Below are positions 54,108 to 62,318 of a DNA stretch of 64,000 nucleotides, piece by piece (position 1 is the stretch's first letter; each line of letters starts with the position of its first letter). Position numbers and translations under genes: made by a program. The stretch is from Betaproteobacteria bacterium (GTDB lineage Bacteria; Pseudomonadota; Gammaproteobacteria; Burkholderiales; Burkholderiaceae_D). The notes beneath the pieces are model-generated. The model was not told the DNA's origin, ran no database searches, and saw only the letters and a program-made list of their open reading frames with translations. Location: NCBI GenBank assembly GCA_025356395.1, contig JANXTA010000084.1, positions 14,659-78,658 of the forward strand. The letters are read 5' to 3'.

Positions 54108-55928
54108 ATGCCTCTCGAAAACTGGTCCGTTGACTCCCAACCAGGGGAATTGCTTGTCTCGTTGCTCCACGATGCCAGCCGGAACCCGATCAGCTCGATA
54201 CCTCCGGCATCAGATCATGTGGCCGCCGGCGTCCCGATCGGCCGGATGCTTCTGGAACGGCGTGTCGTGTCGTCCCCGGATCTCGATCAGGCCCTGAACT
54301 TCCAGCGCCAGTACGGTGGCCGAATCGGATCCATTCTCGTACGGCTGGGCGCACTGTCTGAAGACGCGTTGCTGCCGGTACTGGCCTACCAAACCGGTCT
54401 AGAACTGATCTCCGACGCAATGTTGCCGGACCCATCGCAACTGTCGGATGCGATTGCGTTGTCGAACATTCCAACCGACTGGTTCGATGAGCAGGGAGTC
54501 GTCATTTGGCGCGACGGCGAAACGGGTTTGCACTGCGCATCGCGCAATCCCATGAACAGCTACTCACAGGAAACCATCGCCCTGGCATTCCCGGGCGACC
54601 CGGTGATATGGCTTTACGCGCGCTCGCGCGACACCGAGCGCCTGCTGAAGGCTGCGCGCTCAGAAGCCGGCGGCGACGCCGAGACCAGCGACGTCGCGCT
54701 CCTTCGCGAGCTGGCTGAAGAAGCGCCTGTCATCGAGCTGGTCAACAACCTGATGGCCGAGGCGACCGATCAGGGCGCATCCGATATCCACGTCGAACCT
54801 GACGAGCATTCGTTCGAGGTGCGATTTCGCATCGACGGAACTCTTCGCGCGAATGCGTCGCTGTCCAAGGACCGCTTCGATGCCGTCGTGTCGCGCATCA
54901 AGCTAATCGCCGGCTTGGACATCGCCGAGCGTCGCCTGCCGCAGGACGGACGGATCACGGTTCGCACCAGCGGGACTGCGATGGACATCCGCGTCTCGGT
55001 CATTCCCGGCGTCCATGGCGAATCGATCGTGATGCGCCTGTTGCCGAAGGAACGGGCGAACCTGGAGCTGTCGCGTCTCGGAATGGAGGCCGACCATCGT
55101 GCGCTGTTCGAACGGTGGGTGAAGGAGCCGCACGGCATCATCCTCGTCACGGGTCCGACCGGATCCGGTAAGAGCACCACTTTGTACGCAGCGCTCGACC
55201 TGGCCAACGATCGGGCATCCAAGATCATCACGGTCGAGGATCCCGTCGAGTACAAAATGCACGGGATCCTTCAGATCCAGACGCATGGCGAGATCGGCTA
55301 CGACTTCGCTCGTGCGCTCCGCGCCATCCTGCGGCACGACCCGGACATCATCATGATCGGCGAGATCCGCGACGTGGAAACCGCCGAGATTGCCATCCAG
55401 TCGGCGCTGACCGGACACATGGTGCTGTCCACACTGCATACCAACGATGCGCTCGGTGCCTTCAACCGGCTGCTCGACATGGGCGTCGAACCGTTCCTGG
55501 TCGCGTCGTCCGTGCGCGGCGTCCAGGCGCAGCGACTCGTTCGAAAACTCTGTGTCCAATGCGCGAGGGCCGAGCCGGTACCGGCGCCGATCGCTTCGAC
55601 GGTCTCGTCGCTCCAGCGACGCTTCCCCGCACTCTTCGCTGCGCCGGCCAGCTTCCGCGGCCCGGTCGGGTGCGTGCATTGCCATCAGTCCGGTTATCAG
55701 GGCCGGCTGGGTGTCTACGAGCTCTATGAGGTGGACGCCGGAATCCAGGAACTCGTGATGCGACGCGCATCTTCCGGTGAACTGATCGAATTCGCGAGCA
55801 GGAGCGGTATGCGCACCATGCGTGAGGATGGACTGCTCAAGGCGTGGCGTGGCGAGACGTCGGTCGATGAGGTCCTGCGCGTGACCGGCCTCGCCCATCC
55901 CGACGCGGACGAAGCAGTGGAGACCTGA
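54108..55928 (+). CDS. gspE: Type II secretion ATPase GspE with N-terminal MshEN-type domain
   Basis: Walker A GPTGSGKSTT, Asp/His boxes, tetracysteine CVQC...CVHC. The N-terminus has two 24-residue MshEN-like motifs (residues 43-66 and 72-95). Confidence 0.85.
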   Translation: MPLENWSVDSQPGELLVSLLHDASRNPISSIPPASDHVAAGVPIGRMLLERRVVSSPDLDQALNFQRQYGGRIGSILVRLGALSEDALLPVLAYQTGLELISDAMLPDPSQLSDAIALSNIPTDWFDEQGVVIWRDGETGLHCASRNPMNSYSQETIALAFPGDPVIWLYARSRDTERLLKAARSEAGGDAETSDVALLRELAEEAPVIELVNNLMAEATDQGASDIHVEPDEHSFEVRFRIDGTLRANASLSKDRFDAVVSRIKLIAGLDIAERRLPQDGRITVRTSGTAMDIRVSVIPGVHGESIVMRLLPKERANLELSRLGMEADHRALFERWVKEPHGIILVTGPTGSGKSTTLYAALDLANDRASKIITVEDPVEYKMHGILQIQTHGEIGYDFARALRAILRHDPDIIMIGEIRDVETAEIAIQSALTGHMVLSTLHTNDALGAFNRLLDMGVEPFLVASSVRGVQAQRLVRKLCVQCARAEPVPAPIASTVSSLQRRFPALFAAPASFRGPVGCVHCHQSGYQGRLGVYELYEVDAGIQELVMRRASSGELIEFASRSGMRTMREDGLLKAWRGETSVDEVLRVTGLAHPDADEAVET

Positions 55929-55956
55929 TGCCGGCTTCCGGTCGGCGCCGCTGACG

Positions 55957-57159
55957 ATGGATTTCCGATACGTCGCACTCAATGGTCAGGGACAGACGAT
56001 CAAGGGCTCGCTGGAAGCTCGCGACCTCGCTGAGGCGCAGCGCATCCTGCGCCAGCAGGAATTGCGGCCGATCGCGCTCGATCCTGCGCGCGCCGCGAGC
56101 CGATCCTGGTGCACAGGCAAAACAACGGTCGGACGCAAGGACCGCATCTTGCTGGTCCGCGAACTAGCGACGCTGCTGCGAGCCGGCGTGACGCTCTCGG
56201 AAGCCACCGAATCGATCGCCGATACGCACGGCGAGGATGCGGTCGGAACCACCTTTCGCGCGCTGCACACCGCGTTGCGCTCCGGAGAGGCTTTCTCGCG
56301 CGTTCTGCAGAAGGCAGACATCGACTTCCCGTCGTACGTCCATCAACTCGTGGCTGCCGGCGAATCGACGGGCAAGCTCGCACAGGCATTGTTCTCGGCA
56401 GCAGACCAGCTGGAATACGAGGACGGCATTCGCCGCGAGATGATCAATGCGTTGATCTATCCATCGGTGCTGGTTTTTTCCGGGCTGGCCGCGACCCTCC
56501 TGATCTTCATCGTCGTCGTGCCGCGCTTCGCGGGGATGCTCTCCAATACCAAGGCCGATCTGCCTACCCTGTCGGTGGTCGTGTTGCAGACCGGCCTATT
56601 CGTGAAAACGCATCTGCTCACCGTCGGTCTCGTAGTAGCGGCTGCGATCGGTTCGGTGGTGGTCGCGTTCGGCAACCAGGCCACGCGTGCGCAGATGCTC
56701 GAGGGGGTCGCTCGCATGCCGCTTATGGGGCCGTGGATACGCCGGACCGAACTCGGGCGCTGGTCCGGCATGCTGGCGACGTTGCTGGACAACAAGGTAC
56801 CGATCGTCCGCGCGCTCGAATTATCTCAGGCGAGCGTGCAACTGCACTCTTTGCGCAACACCCTGGAGGTCATCCAGAAGGACACCCGTGCCGGCATCAA
56901 GCTCGCCGATTCGCTGTCGACCCATCGGTTGCTGGACGCCACGGGCATCAATCTGGTCCGAGTCGGCGAGCGCTCGGGCGAGCTTCCGAGCATGCTGCGC
57001 ACGCTGTCGTCGATGCACGTCAACGCGAGCCGTGACCTGATGAAGCGCTTCCTGCTGCTGCTCGAGCCGGCCGCGATTCTGGTGATAGGCTCTTTCATCG
57101 GGCTCATCATGGTCGCCATCATGCTGGCGATCACGAGCATCAACAACATTCCGCTTTAG
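55957..57159 (+). CDS. gspF: Type II secretion inner-membrane platform protein GspF
   Basis: 400 aa, duplicated GspF domain, three TM segments, typical N-terminus MDFRYVALNGQGQTIKGSLEA. Confidence 0.85.
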   Translation: MDFRYVALNGQGQTIKGSLEARDLAEAQRILRQQELRPIALDPARAASRSWCTGKTTVGRKDRILLVRELATLLRAGVTLSEATESIADTHGEDAVGTTFRALHTALRSGEAFSRVLQKADIDFPSYVHQLVAAGESTGKLAQALFSAADQLEYEDGIRREMINALIYPSVLVFSGLAATLLIFIVVVPRFAGMLSNTKADLPTLSVVVLQTGLFVKTHLLTVGLVVAAAIGSVVVAFGNQATRAQMLEGVARMPLMGPWIRRTELGRWSGMLATLLDNKVPIVRALELSQASVQLHSLRNTLEVIQKDTRAGIKLADSLSTHRLLDATGINLVRVGERSGELPSMLRTLSSMHVNASRDLMKRFLLLLEPAAILVIGSFIGLIMVAIMLAITSINNIPL

Positions 57160-57185
57160 CGTCGCTAATCCAGGCGGCTCGTTCC

Positions 57186-57617
57186 ATGCATAGCAAACAA
57201 ACTGGTTTCACCCTGATCGAGATGCTGGTCGTCCTGGCCATCATCGGACTCCTCGCTTCACTGGTCGGGCCGCGGCTGTTCTCGAAAGTCGATACCTCGA
57301 AGGTCCAGACGGCGCAGACGCAGGTCAAAATGCTCAAGGGCGCGCTCCAGACCTTGCGTCTCGACATCGGCCGGTTCCCCACACAGTCCGAAGGTCTGGC
57401 GATCCTCACCACGTCACCGACTTCGGACGACATCCGCGCAAAGTGGAAAGGCCCCTACCTCGACGAGGCACTTCCGGCCGACCCTTGGGGAAACCCTTAT
57501 CAGTACACCGTGCAGAGCGGCTCCGTAAAGCCTTTCGCGCTCTACTCTTTCGGAGCCGACGGCAAGGCGGGCGGCGAGGGGATCGACGCAGATGTCGGCG
57601 ATCTTCCAGATCGCTGA
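57186..57617 (+). CDS. gspG: Major pseudopilin GspG
   Basis: Prepilin signal GFTLIEMLVVLAIIGLLA, DPWGNPYQY, and the C-terminal GADGKAGGEGIDADVG calcium-loop pattern. Confidence 0.9.
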   Translation: MHSKQTGFTLIEMLVVLAIIGLLASLVGPRLFSKVDTSKVQTAQTQVKMLKGALQTLRLDIGRFPTQSEGLAILTTSPTSDDIRAKWKGPYLDEALPADPWGNPYQYTVQSGSVKPFALYSFGADGKAGGEGIDADVGDLPDR

Positions 57618-57633
57618 ATCCGGCCACTGCAGG

Positions 57634-58047
57634 ATGCGGTCGCATGCGAAGGCCGAGGCTGGTTTCACGCTGCTCGAAATCCTCGTGGTTCTCGCGATCG
57701 GCGCGCTCGTCATTGCCACCGTCATTCCGGCCATGGGACGAGTGGTCGACGCGGTGACATACGACAGCGAGTTGCAGGATGTCGTCGGGCAACTCGATCA
57801 ACTTGGGTTTCGCGCATTCACGAGCGGCAAGCCGATCGTGCTGGCTGATGGCACGCCGCAAACCATCGCGACTGCAGGACTCGATCTGCCGCGTGCCTGG
57901 TCCCTGTCAATCTCTCGTCCGATTCATTTCAACTCTGTCGGCATGTGCGACGGAGGCAGCGTTTCCGTGACCGCGCCAGACGGTCGAACGACGGCGCTTC
58001 AACTGGCGGCTCCCGACTGCGCCGCGACGCGAGCGACGAACCGATGA
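57634..58047 (+). CDS. gspH: Minor pseudopilin, GspH-like
   Basis: Prepilin signal AGFTLLEILVVLAIGALV. Position after gspG. ATG 57634 chosen. Confidence 0.6.
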   Translation: MRSHAKAEAGFTLLEILVVLAIGALVIATVIPAMGRVVDAVTYDSELQDVVGQLDQLGFRAFTSGKPIVLADGTPQTIATAGLDLPRAWSLSISRPIHFNSVGMCDGGSVSVTAPDGRTTALQLAAPDCAATRATNR

Positions 58048-58490
58048 CCCGCACGCCACATCGAGGCGCCGAGGGCTTCACGTTGCTCGAGGCGATTGTG
58101 GCGCTGGTCATTTTCAGTACCGCGGGCCTCGCACTGTTCTCGTGGATCAACCAGAACCTTCAGGCACTCGTGCGCGTCGCCGACGTCAGCGCCGAAGCAC
58201 AGGCGAAGCGCAACATCCTCGAGTACATGAACGAGATCAACCCGATGGATCGAGCCACCGGTACCAACGACTTCGGTACCTACAAGATCGCATGGACGAG
58301 CACCGAGGAGATCACGCCGCGCGCGAACGCGGGTTACCCGATCGGCGAAGGCGCCTTTCTGGTCGGCCTCTATCGCGATTCGATCGCGGTCACGCGTCCA
58401 AGCGGTGCGCCTTGGTTTACCTTCGATCTGCGCCTGGTCGGCTTCCGTCGGGCATTTCTGCCCGCGCAGCAAAGCGGCCGGGGCGGCTGA
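58044..58490 (+). CDS. gspI: Minor pseudopilin, GspI-like
   Basis: EGFTLLEAIVALVIFSTAGLALF. ATGA overlap with the preceding gene. Confidence 0.65.
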   Translation: MTRTPHRGAEGFTLLEAIVALVIFSTAGLALFSWINQNLQALVRVADVSAEAQAKRNILEYMNEINPMDRATGTNDFGTYKIAWTSTEEITPRANAGYPIGEGAFLVGLYRDSIAVTRPSGAPWFTFDLRLVGFRRAFLPAQQSGRGG

Positions 58491-58493
58491 GCG

Positions 58494-59129
58494 ATGCGGA
58501 TGAAACGTCGTGGGGCAAACCGGGGATTCACGCTGATCGAGATACTGGTCGTTATGATTCTCGTCAGTATGATCGTCACAGTCCTGTTCCAGGGACTCGC
58601 GCAGGCGATTCGCATCCGCAGCAGCGCCGGCATCGAGACAGCACAAGTCGCGCGCGAAGCGATGCGGCGTGTCTGGTATCGGCAACTCATCAACGGCCTG
58701 ATTCCCGACGATGAAAACGGCACTGCCATCTTTCAGGGGGGCCCGACCTCGTTCAGGGGCCAGTCGACGAACGCGATCGATTTTGACACCGGAGCCGTGC
58801 TGCCGATCACGGTGACGCTCGAGGTCGACGCGGCGTCCGACAGCACCATCGTCCGCGTGACGACCCGCTCCGTGGCAGTCGGGCCGCACGAAATCGCCTT
58901 GCTCTCTCTGCCTGGAATGAACTTCGCGTTCGCCTATGTAGACACCGACGCGAGCCAGAGCTCGGTCTGGCCGCGGCGCGTCATCGGCAAGGCGCCGCAA
59001 CTGCCTTCGGCCATCTGGATCGTCGACGGGTCGGGCAACCAATCGACCGAGCTGTTGACCGGCTCGATCCTCGGTCGTCGCGATGCCGTTGGCGGCCTGC
59101 CCGCACTGCTCAAACTTCAGCAGGAATGA
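58494..59129 (+). CDS. gspJ: Minor pseudopilin, GspJ-like
   Basis: RGFTLIEILVVMILVSMIVTVLF. Size and position fit GspJ. Confidence 0.55.
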   Translation: MRMKRRGANRGFTLIEILVVMILVSMIVTVLFQGLAQAIRIRSSAGIETAQVAREAMRRVWYRQLINGLIPDDENGTAIFQGGPTSFRGQSTNAIDFDTGAVLPITVTLEVDAASDSTIVRVTTRSVAVGPHEIALLSLPGMNFAFAYVDTDASQSSVWPRRVIGKAPQLPSAIWIVDGSGNQSTELLTGSILGRRDAVGGLPALLKLQQE

Positions 59130-59136
59130 GCGGTCC

Positions 59137-60177
59137 ATGAAAGCGTCGATCCACAGAAGTCGGCAAGAAGGCTTTGTGCTGGCACTGACCCTGTGGGTCC
59201 TGGTCGCCATCATGATCACCGCGACCTTCTTTGCCAGTCGCGTCGAGCGCGCCGTTAGCCTGGCCAGCGACTTCCGCGCGGCCACGGATGCAGAGGTGGA
59301 GATGGCGAGCGTTCGCGCGGACCTCCTGCAGCGCTTGTCCACCACGCATCTCACAACGTTCGGTGCTGGCTCCGGTGATCCTGAGACAACGCTCCGCCTG
59401 GATGACCGACGCTATCGGAGCGGCCCTGCCAGCGAAGTCAGCCTGCAGGATGCGCGTGGCTTGATCAACGTCAACATCGTCGATGCGGAGACGTTGACCC
59501 GATTGCTCGGTCCGTTCGGCATCGATGCGCGCGAGGCCGACCGGCTCGCAGACACCCTCGCGGATTACATCGATCCCGACTCGTTGCGGCGCCTGAATGG
59601 TGCCGAAGCTCCTGAGTATCTCGCCGCCCGCCTGCCCCCACCGCGCAATGCGCCGCTCGTGAGCACCCGCGAACTGCGCCGCGTGATTGGATGGCGCGAT
59701 CACGTCGCACTGATCGACGACCCGGCATTCATTGACCTGTTGACCGCCGGTGAAGCAACCGGACTGAATCCGAACACTGCACCGCTCGCAGTCCTGCGCA
59801 CGCTGCCGAATGTCACGCAGGAGCTCGCGAATGCAATCGTCGCCGACCGGAACGGCCAACCGTACGCATCGTCCGCGCTCTTTTCCACCGTGATCGGTGC
59901 CGATGCCATCTTTTCGATGACGCGGCTGAACGCGTTCCCGTCGACCAGCATGCGGATCACCCAGTCGGTCCCGGGCCGCGGGTGGGCGCTACGCTATGAT
60001 GTCGAGCTATTGCCGACTGGCGAAGTCGCGCCATGGCGAATCGAGCATGTCCTGCGCGTCGAACGTCCGCCCGCCCCCAGCGACCACGACGCGACCGGTA
60101 ATCCGGTCGACCAGAGCGCCGCCCAGACGCCCGCCTTGCCCAAACGCCCCAGCGATGTCGTTACTGACCGGCCCTAA
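59137..60177 (+). CDS. gspK: Minor pseudopilin GspK
   Basis: N-terminal hydrophobic helix lacking Glu5 (QEGFVLALTLWVLVAIMI), LQDARGLINVN, and the helix-hairpin-helix-like GLNPNTAPLAVLRTLPNV typical of GspK. Confidence 0.75.
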   Translation: MKASIHRSRQEGFVLALTLWVLVAIMITATFFASRVERAVSLASDFRAATDAEVEMASVRADLLQRLSTTHLTTFGAGSGDPETTLRLDDRRYRSGPASEVSLQDARGLINVNIVDAETLTRLLGPFGIDAREADRLADTLADYIDPDSLRRLNGAEAPEYLAARLPPPRNAPLVSTRELRRVIGWRDHVALIDDPAFIDLLTAGEATGLNPNTAPLAVLRTLPNVTQELANAIVADRNGQPYASSALFSTVIGADAIFSMTRLNAFPSTSMRITQSVPGRGWALRYDVELLPTGEVAPWRIEHVLRVERPPAPSDHDATGNPVDQSAAQTPALPKRPSDVVTDRP

Positions 60178-61237
60178 ATTCCTGAACACATCGGCCTCGG
60201 CGATCCCGCTTCGCACGGGCTCGCGATGGATGCCGACGGAATGGATTCTGTCGCGTGCACTCTGCCGATACCGCGTGCTGGATTTTGCCGAAGTGCCGAG
60301 GTCCAAACGCGTGGCCGCCCTTCGACTCCAGCTGTCCCAGTTCGCTCCGTTTGCCGAACCGGGCTATGCGGTCGCATGGGAAGGTGCCGCCGCGCAGGTC
60401 TGGTGTTGGGACGACGCCAAGCTGCGAGAGGCCACGCGTGGCGCCGACGTCTTGTCCAGCCGCATCCGCATTGTCCCGGAACCGCTCTATTTCCTGCCGC
60501 TGACCGATGGTCCCAGGCTCTTGAAGGTGACCGAGGGCTATGAAGGTCAGGTGTGGAAAGGCAATACCTTGGTCCGCTCGCGCTTCTGGATGACCCAGCC
60601 CGCTGTTCCGGAGTGGATCGCATTTCAGCGCGACGCGGGCATCCTTCCCGACCAGCAGCAACCACACCCGGCGGCTCTCGAAAGAGAGTTGCTTGCACAG
60701 CCGTACACCAGAGCCGACATTGGTCTGTACGCCGCGACCGGATTGAGCCTGGCCGAGCCGGTCCTGCTGTTCGTGCTCATCGCTGCGTTGGGTACCAGTT
60801 CCGCTTGGTACCTGACGCGCTACTGGAAGATCTCGTCGCGAAGCGACCAATTGACCGCGCAGTTCAAGTCGTTGGAAAGCATCGCTGCGCCGGTGCTCGC
60901 CGCGCGCGAACGCGCCATCGACAATCAGGTCTTTGCCAGCCAGCTCGCGCGGATCTCGGCCTTCCCCGACCAATTGTCGCTGCTCGCCGCATTCGCCAGC
61001 GCGTTCAACAGCGATGGCGTCGTTTTGCGCGACTGGAACTTCAACCTGGGTAAGCTCCGCGCCACCGTTGCGTTCCCGAACGCTTTGCCACCGGCGTCTA
61101 ACGTGGTGACTGCGGTGCAAGAGCAGAGCGCCTTCACCAATGTGCGCGTCGCGCCCGGCAACGAACCGAAATCGCTCGTGATCAACGCGAACGTCAACCC
61201 GATCTTCAAGAGCGATCGTGAACAACCTCATTCTTGA
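60155..61237 (+). CDS. Bitopic assembly-platform protein, GspL-like
   Basis: Cytoplasmic region of ~220 aa, a single TM (LAEPVLLFVLIAALGTSSAWYL), then a ~110-aa periplasmic domain. Its position between gspK and the gspM-like gene fits GspL. Sequence assignment is weak, and an alternative ATG lies at 60230. Confidence 0.4.
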   Translation: MSLLTGPKFLNTSASAIPLRTGSRWMPTEWILSRALCRYRVLDFAEVPRSKRVAALRLQLSQFAPFAEPGYAVAWEGAAAQVWCWDDAKLREATRGADVLSSRIRIVPEPLYFLPLTDGPRLLKVTEGYEGQVWKGNTLVRSRFWMTQPAVPEWIAFQRDAGILPDQQQPHPAALERELLAQPYTRADIGLYAATGLSLAEPVLLFVLIAALGTSSAWYLTRYWKISSRSDQLTAQFKSLESIAAPVLAARERAIDNQVFASQLARISAFPDQLSLLAAFASAFNSDGVVLRDWNFNLGKLRATVAFPNALPPASNVVTAVQEQSAFTNVRVAPGNEPKSLVINANVNPIFKSDREQPHS

Positions 61238-61826
61238 ACTGAAGGCCAATCAACGACTGCGGATCGGCCTCTTGCTGATCGTCTCGATAGTCTGGTTCTA
61301 TGGCGTACTTGAACTGCGCGATCGATCCGATGCGGCGGCACAGGGCCTCGCCGTCCAGGCAAGGCAGGTGTTCCGTCTTCAGCAGCAAAGCGCACAATCC
61401 GGCTGGCTGGACGCGGCCCGTACCTCCGATGAACGACGCGCGGAAGTTGAAAAGGTCTTGTGGACAACCGACTCGCCTGGCAGCGCCAACGCAGCATTGC
61501 AGGATTGGTTGCAGGAAAAGGCGAGACTGGCGGGCATCCCTATTCTACAAGTGACATTCGCTGATGCAGTCGATGCCGGACCCTTCGGCGCGTCGGTGCG
61601 CGTCGACAAGGCCGACAATCTCCCGAGTGGGATCAGCAAGGTCAAGGGGCGCATGAACTTCGACTTCGATGGCACGACCTTCGACCGTTTCATGGCGTCC
61701 GTGAACATGGACGAACATCCGATCTTCGTGGAAAGCCTCACCGTCCGCAATCTGGCACCCGGTCGGGCGGAAATCCAGTTCTATGCGTTGGCACGCATCG
61801 GCATCGCCAAAAAGGTGACGCCTTGA
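61218..61826 (+). CDS. Bitopic protein, GspM-like
   Basis: Short N-terminus, one TM (LRIGLLLIVSIVWFYGVL), and a ~150-aa periplasmic domain. The call is by position only. Confidence 0.4.
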   Translation: MNNLILELKANQRLRIGLLLIVSIVWFYGVLELRDRSDAAAQGLAVQARQVFRLQQQSAQSGWLDAARTSDERRAEVEKVLWTTDSPGSANAALQDWLQEKARLAGIPILQVTFADAVDAGPFGASVRVDKADNLPSGISKVKGRMNFDFDGTTFDRFMASVNMDEHPIFVESLTVRNLAPGRAEIQFYALARIGIAKKVTP

Positions 61827-61877
61827 ATCACTCGTGCGATTCGAGAATAATGCGGGCCGCCTCATGAATTGCATCCG

Positions 61878-62318
61878 ATGATCCGTGCAGTCGTTTCAGG
61901 CCTTGCCATCACATTGGTTCTGGGCCTGTTGTTTCTCCTGACCCCAGCCGAGCAGGCCGCCCGAACCCAGCGTGGTGTCGCGCCTCCGGAAGTGATCGAC
62001 TCGAACTTTCCCGCTCAGCCTTCGACGAGGGACTCGGTCGCGAAAATCGAGGCGGCCAACCTCTGGGGCAACGTGCCGACGCAGGCCGCAGCCAGCGCCG
62101 AGATAATCACAGGAAAAATCATCGGCGCCGTCAGCACGCGCGATACGAAATACGTTCTGCTGCAGGTCGGCAAGCAGACGCCGATCGAGCTCAAGGTGGG
62201 TGATGCTCTCCCGGTCCAGATCGAGCCGTTCGCAGGCGGTCAGATCGTCGAAATCCGCTCCGACCGCATCACGGTCCAAAAAAATGGCGAGAAGTACGTG
62301 CTCTCGGTCACCAATTGA
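61878..62318 (+). CDS. Small bitopic protein, GspC-HR/PilP-like
   Basis: One TM (AVVSGLAITLVLGLLFLL) and a C-terminal beta-rich segment IIGAVSTRDTKYVLLQVGKQTPIELKVGDALP...IVEIRSDRITVQKNGEKYVLSV that resembles the secretin-binding HR domain. No PDZ. An in-frame TTG at 61869 is an alternative start. Confidence 0.35.
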   Translation: MIRAVVSGLAITLVLGLLFLLTPAEQAARTQRGVAPPEVIDSNFPAQPSTRDSVAKIEAANLWGNVPTQAAASAEIITGKIIGAVSTRDTKYVLLQVGKQTPIELKVGDALPVQIEPFAGGQIVEIRSDRITVQKNGEKYVLSVTN

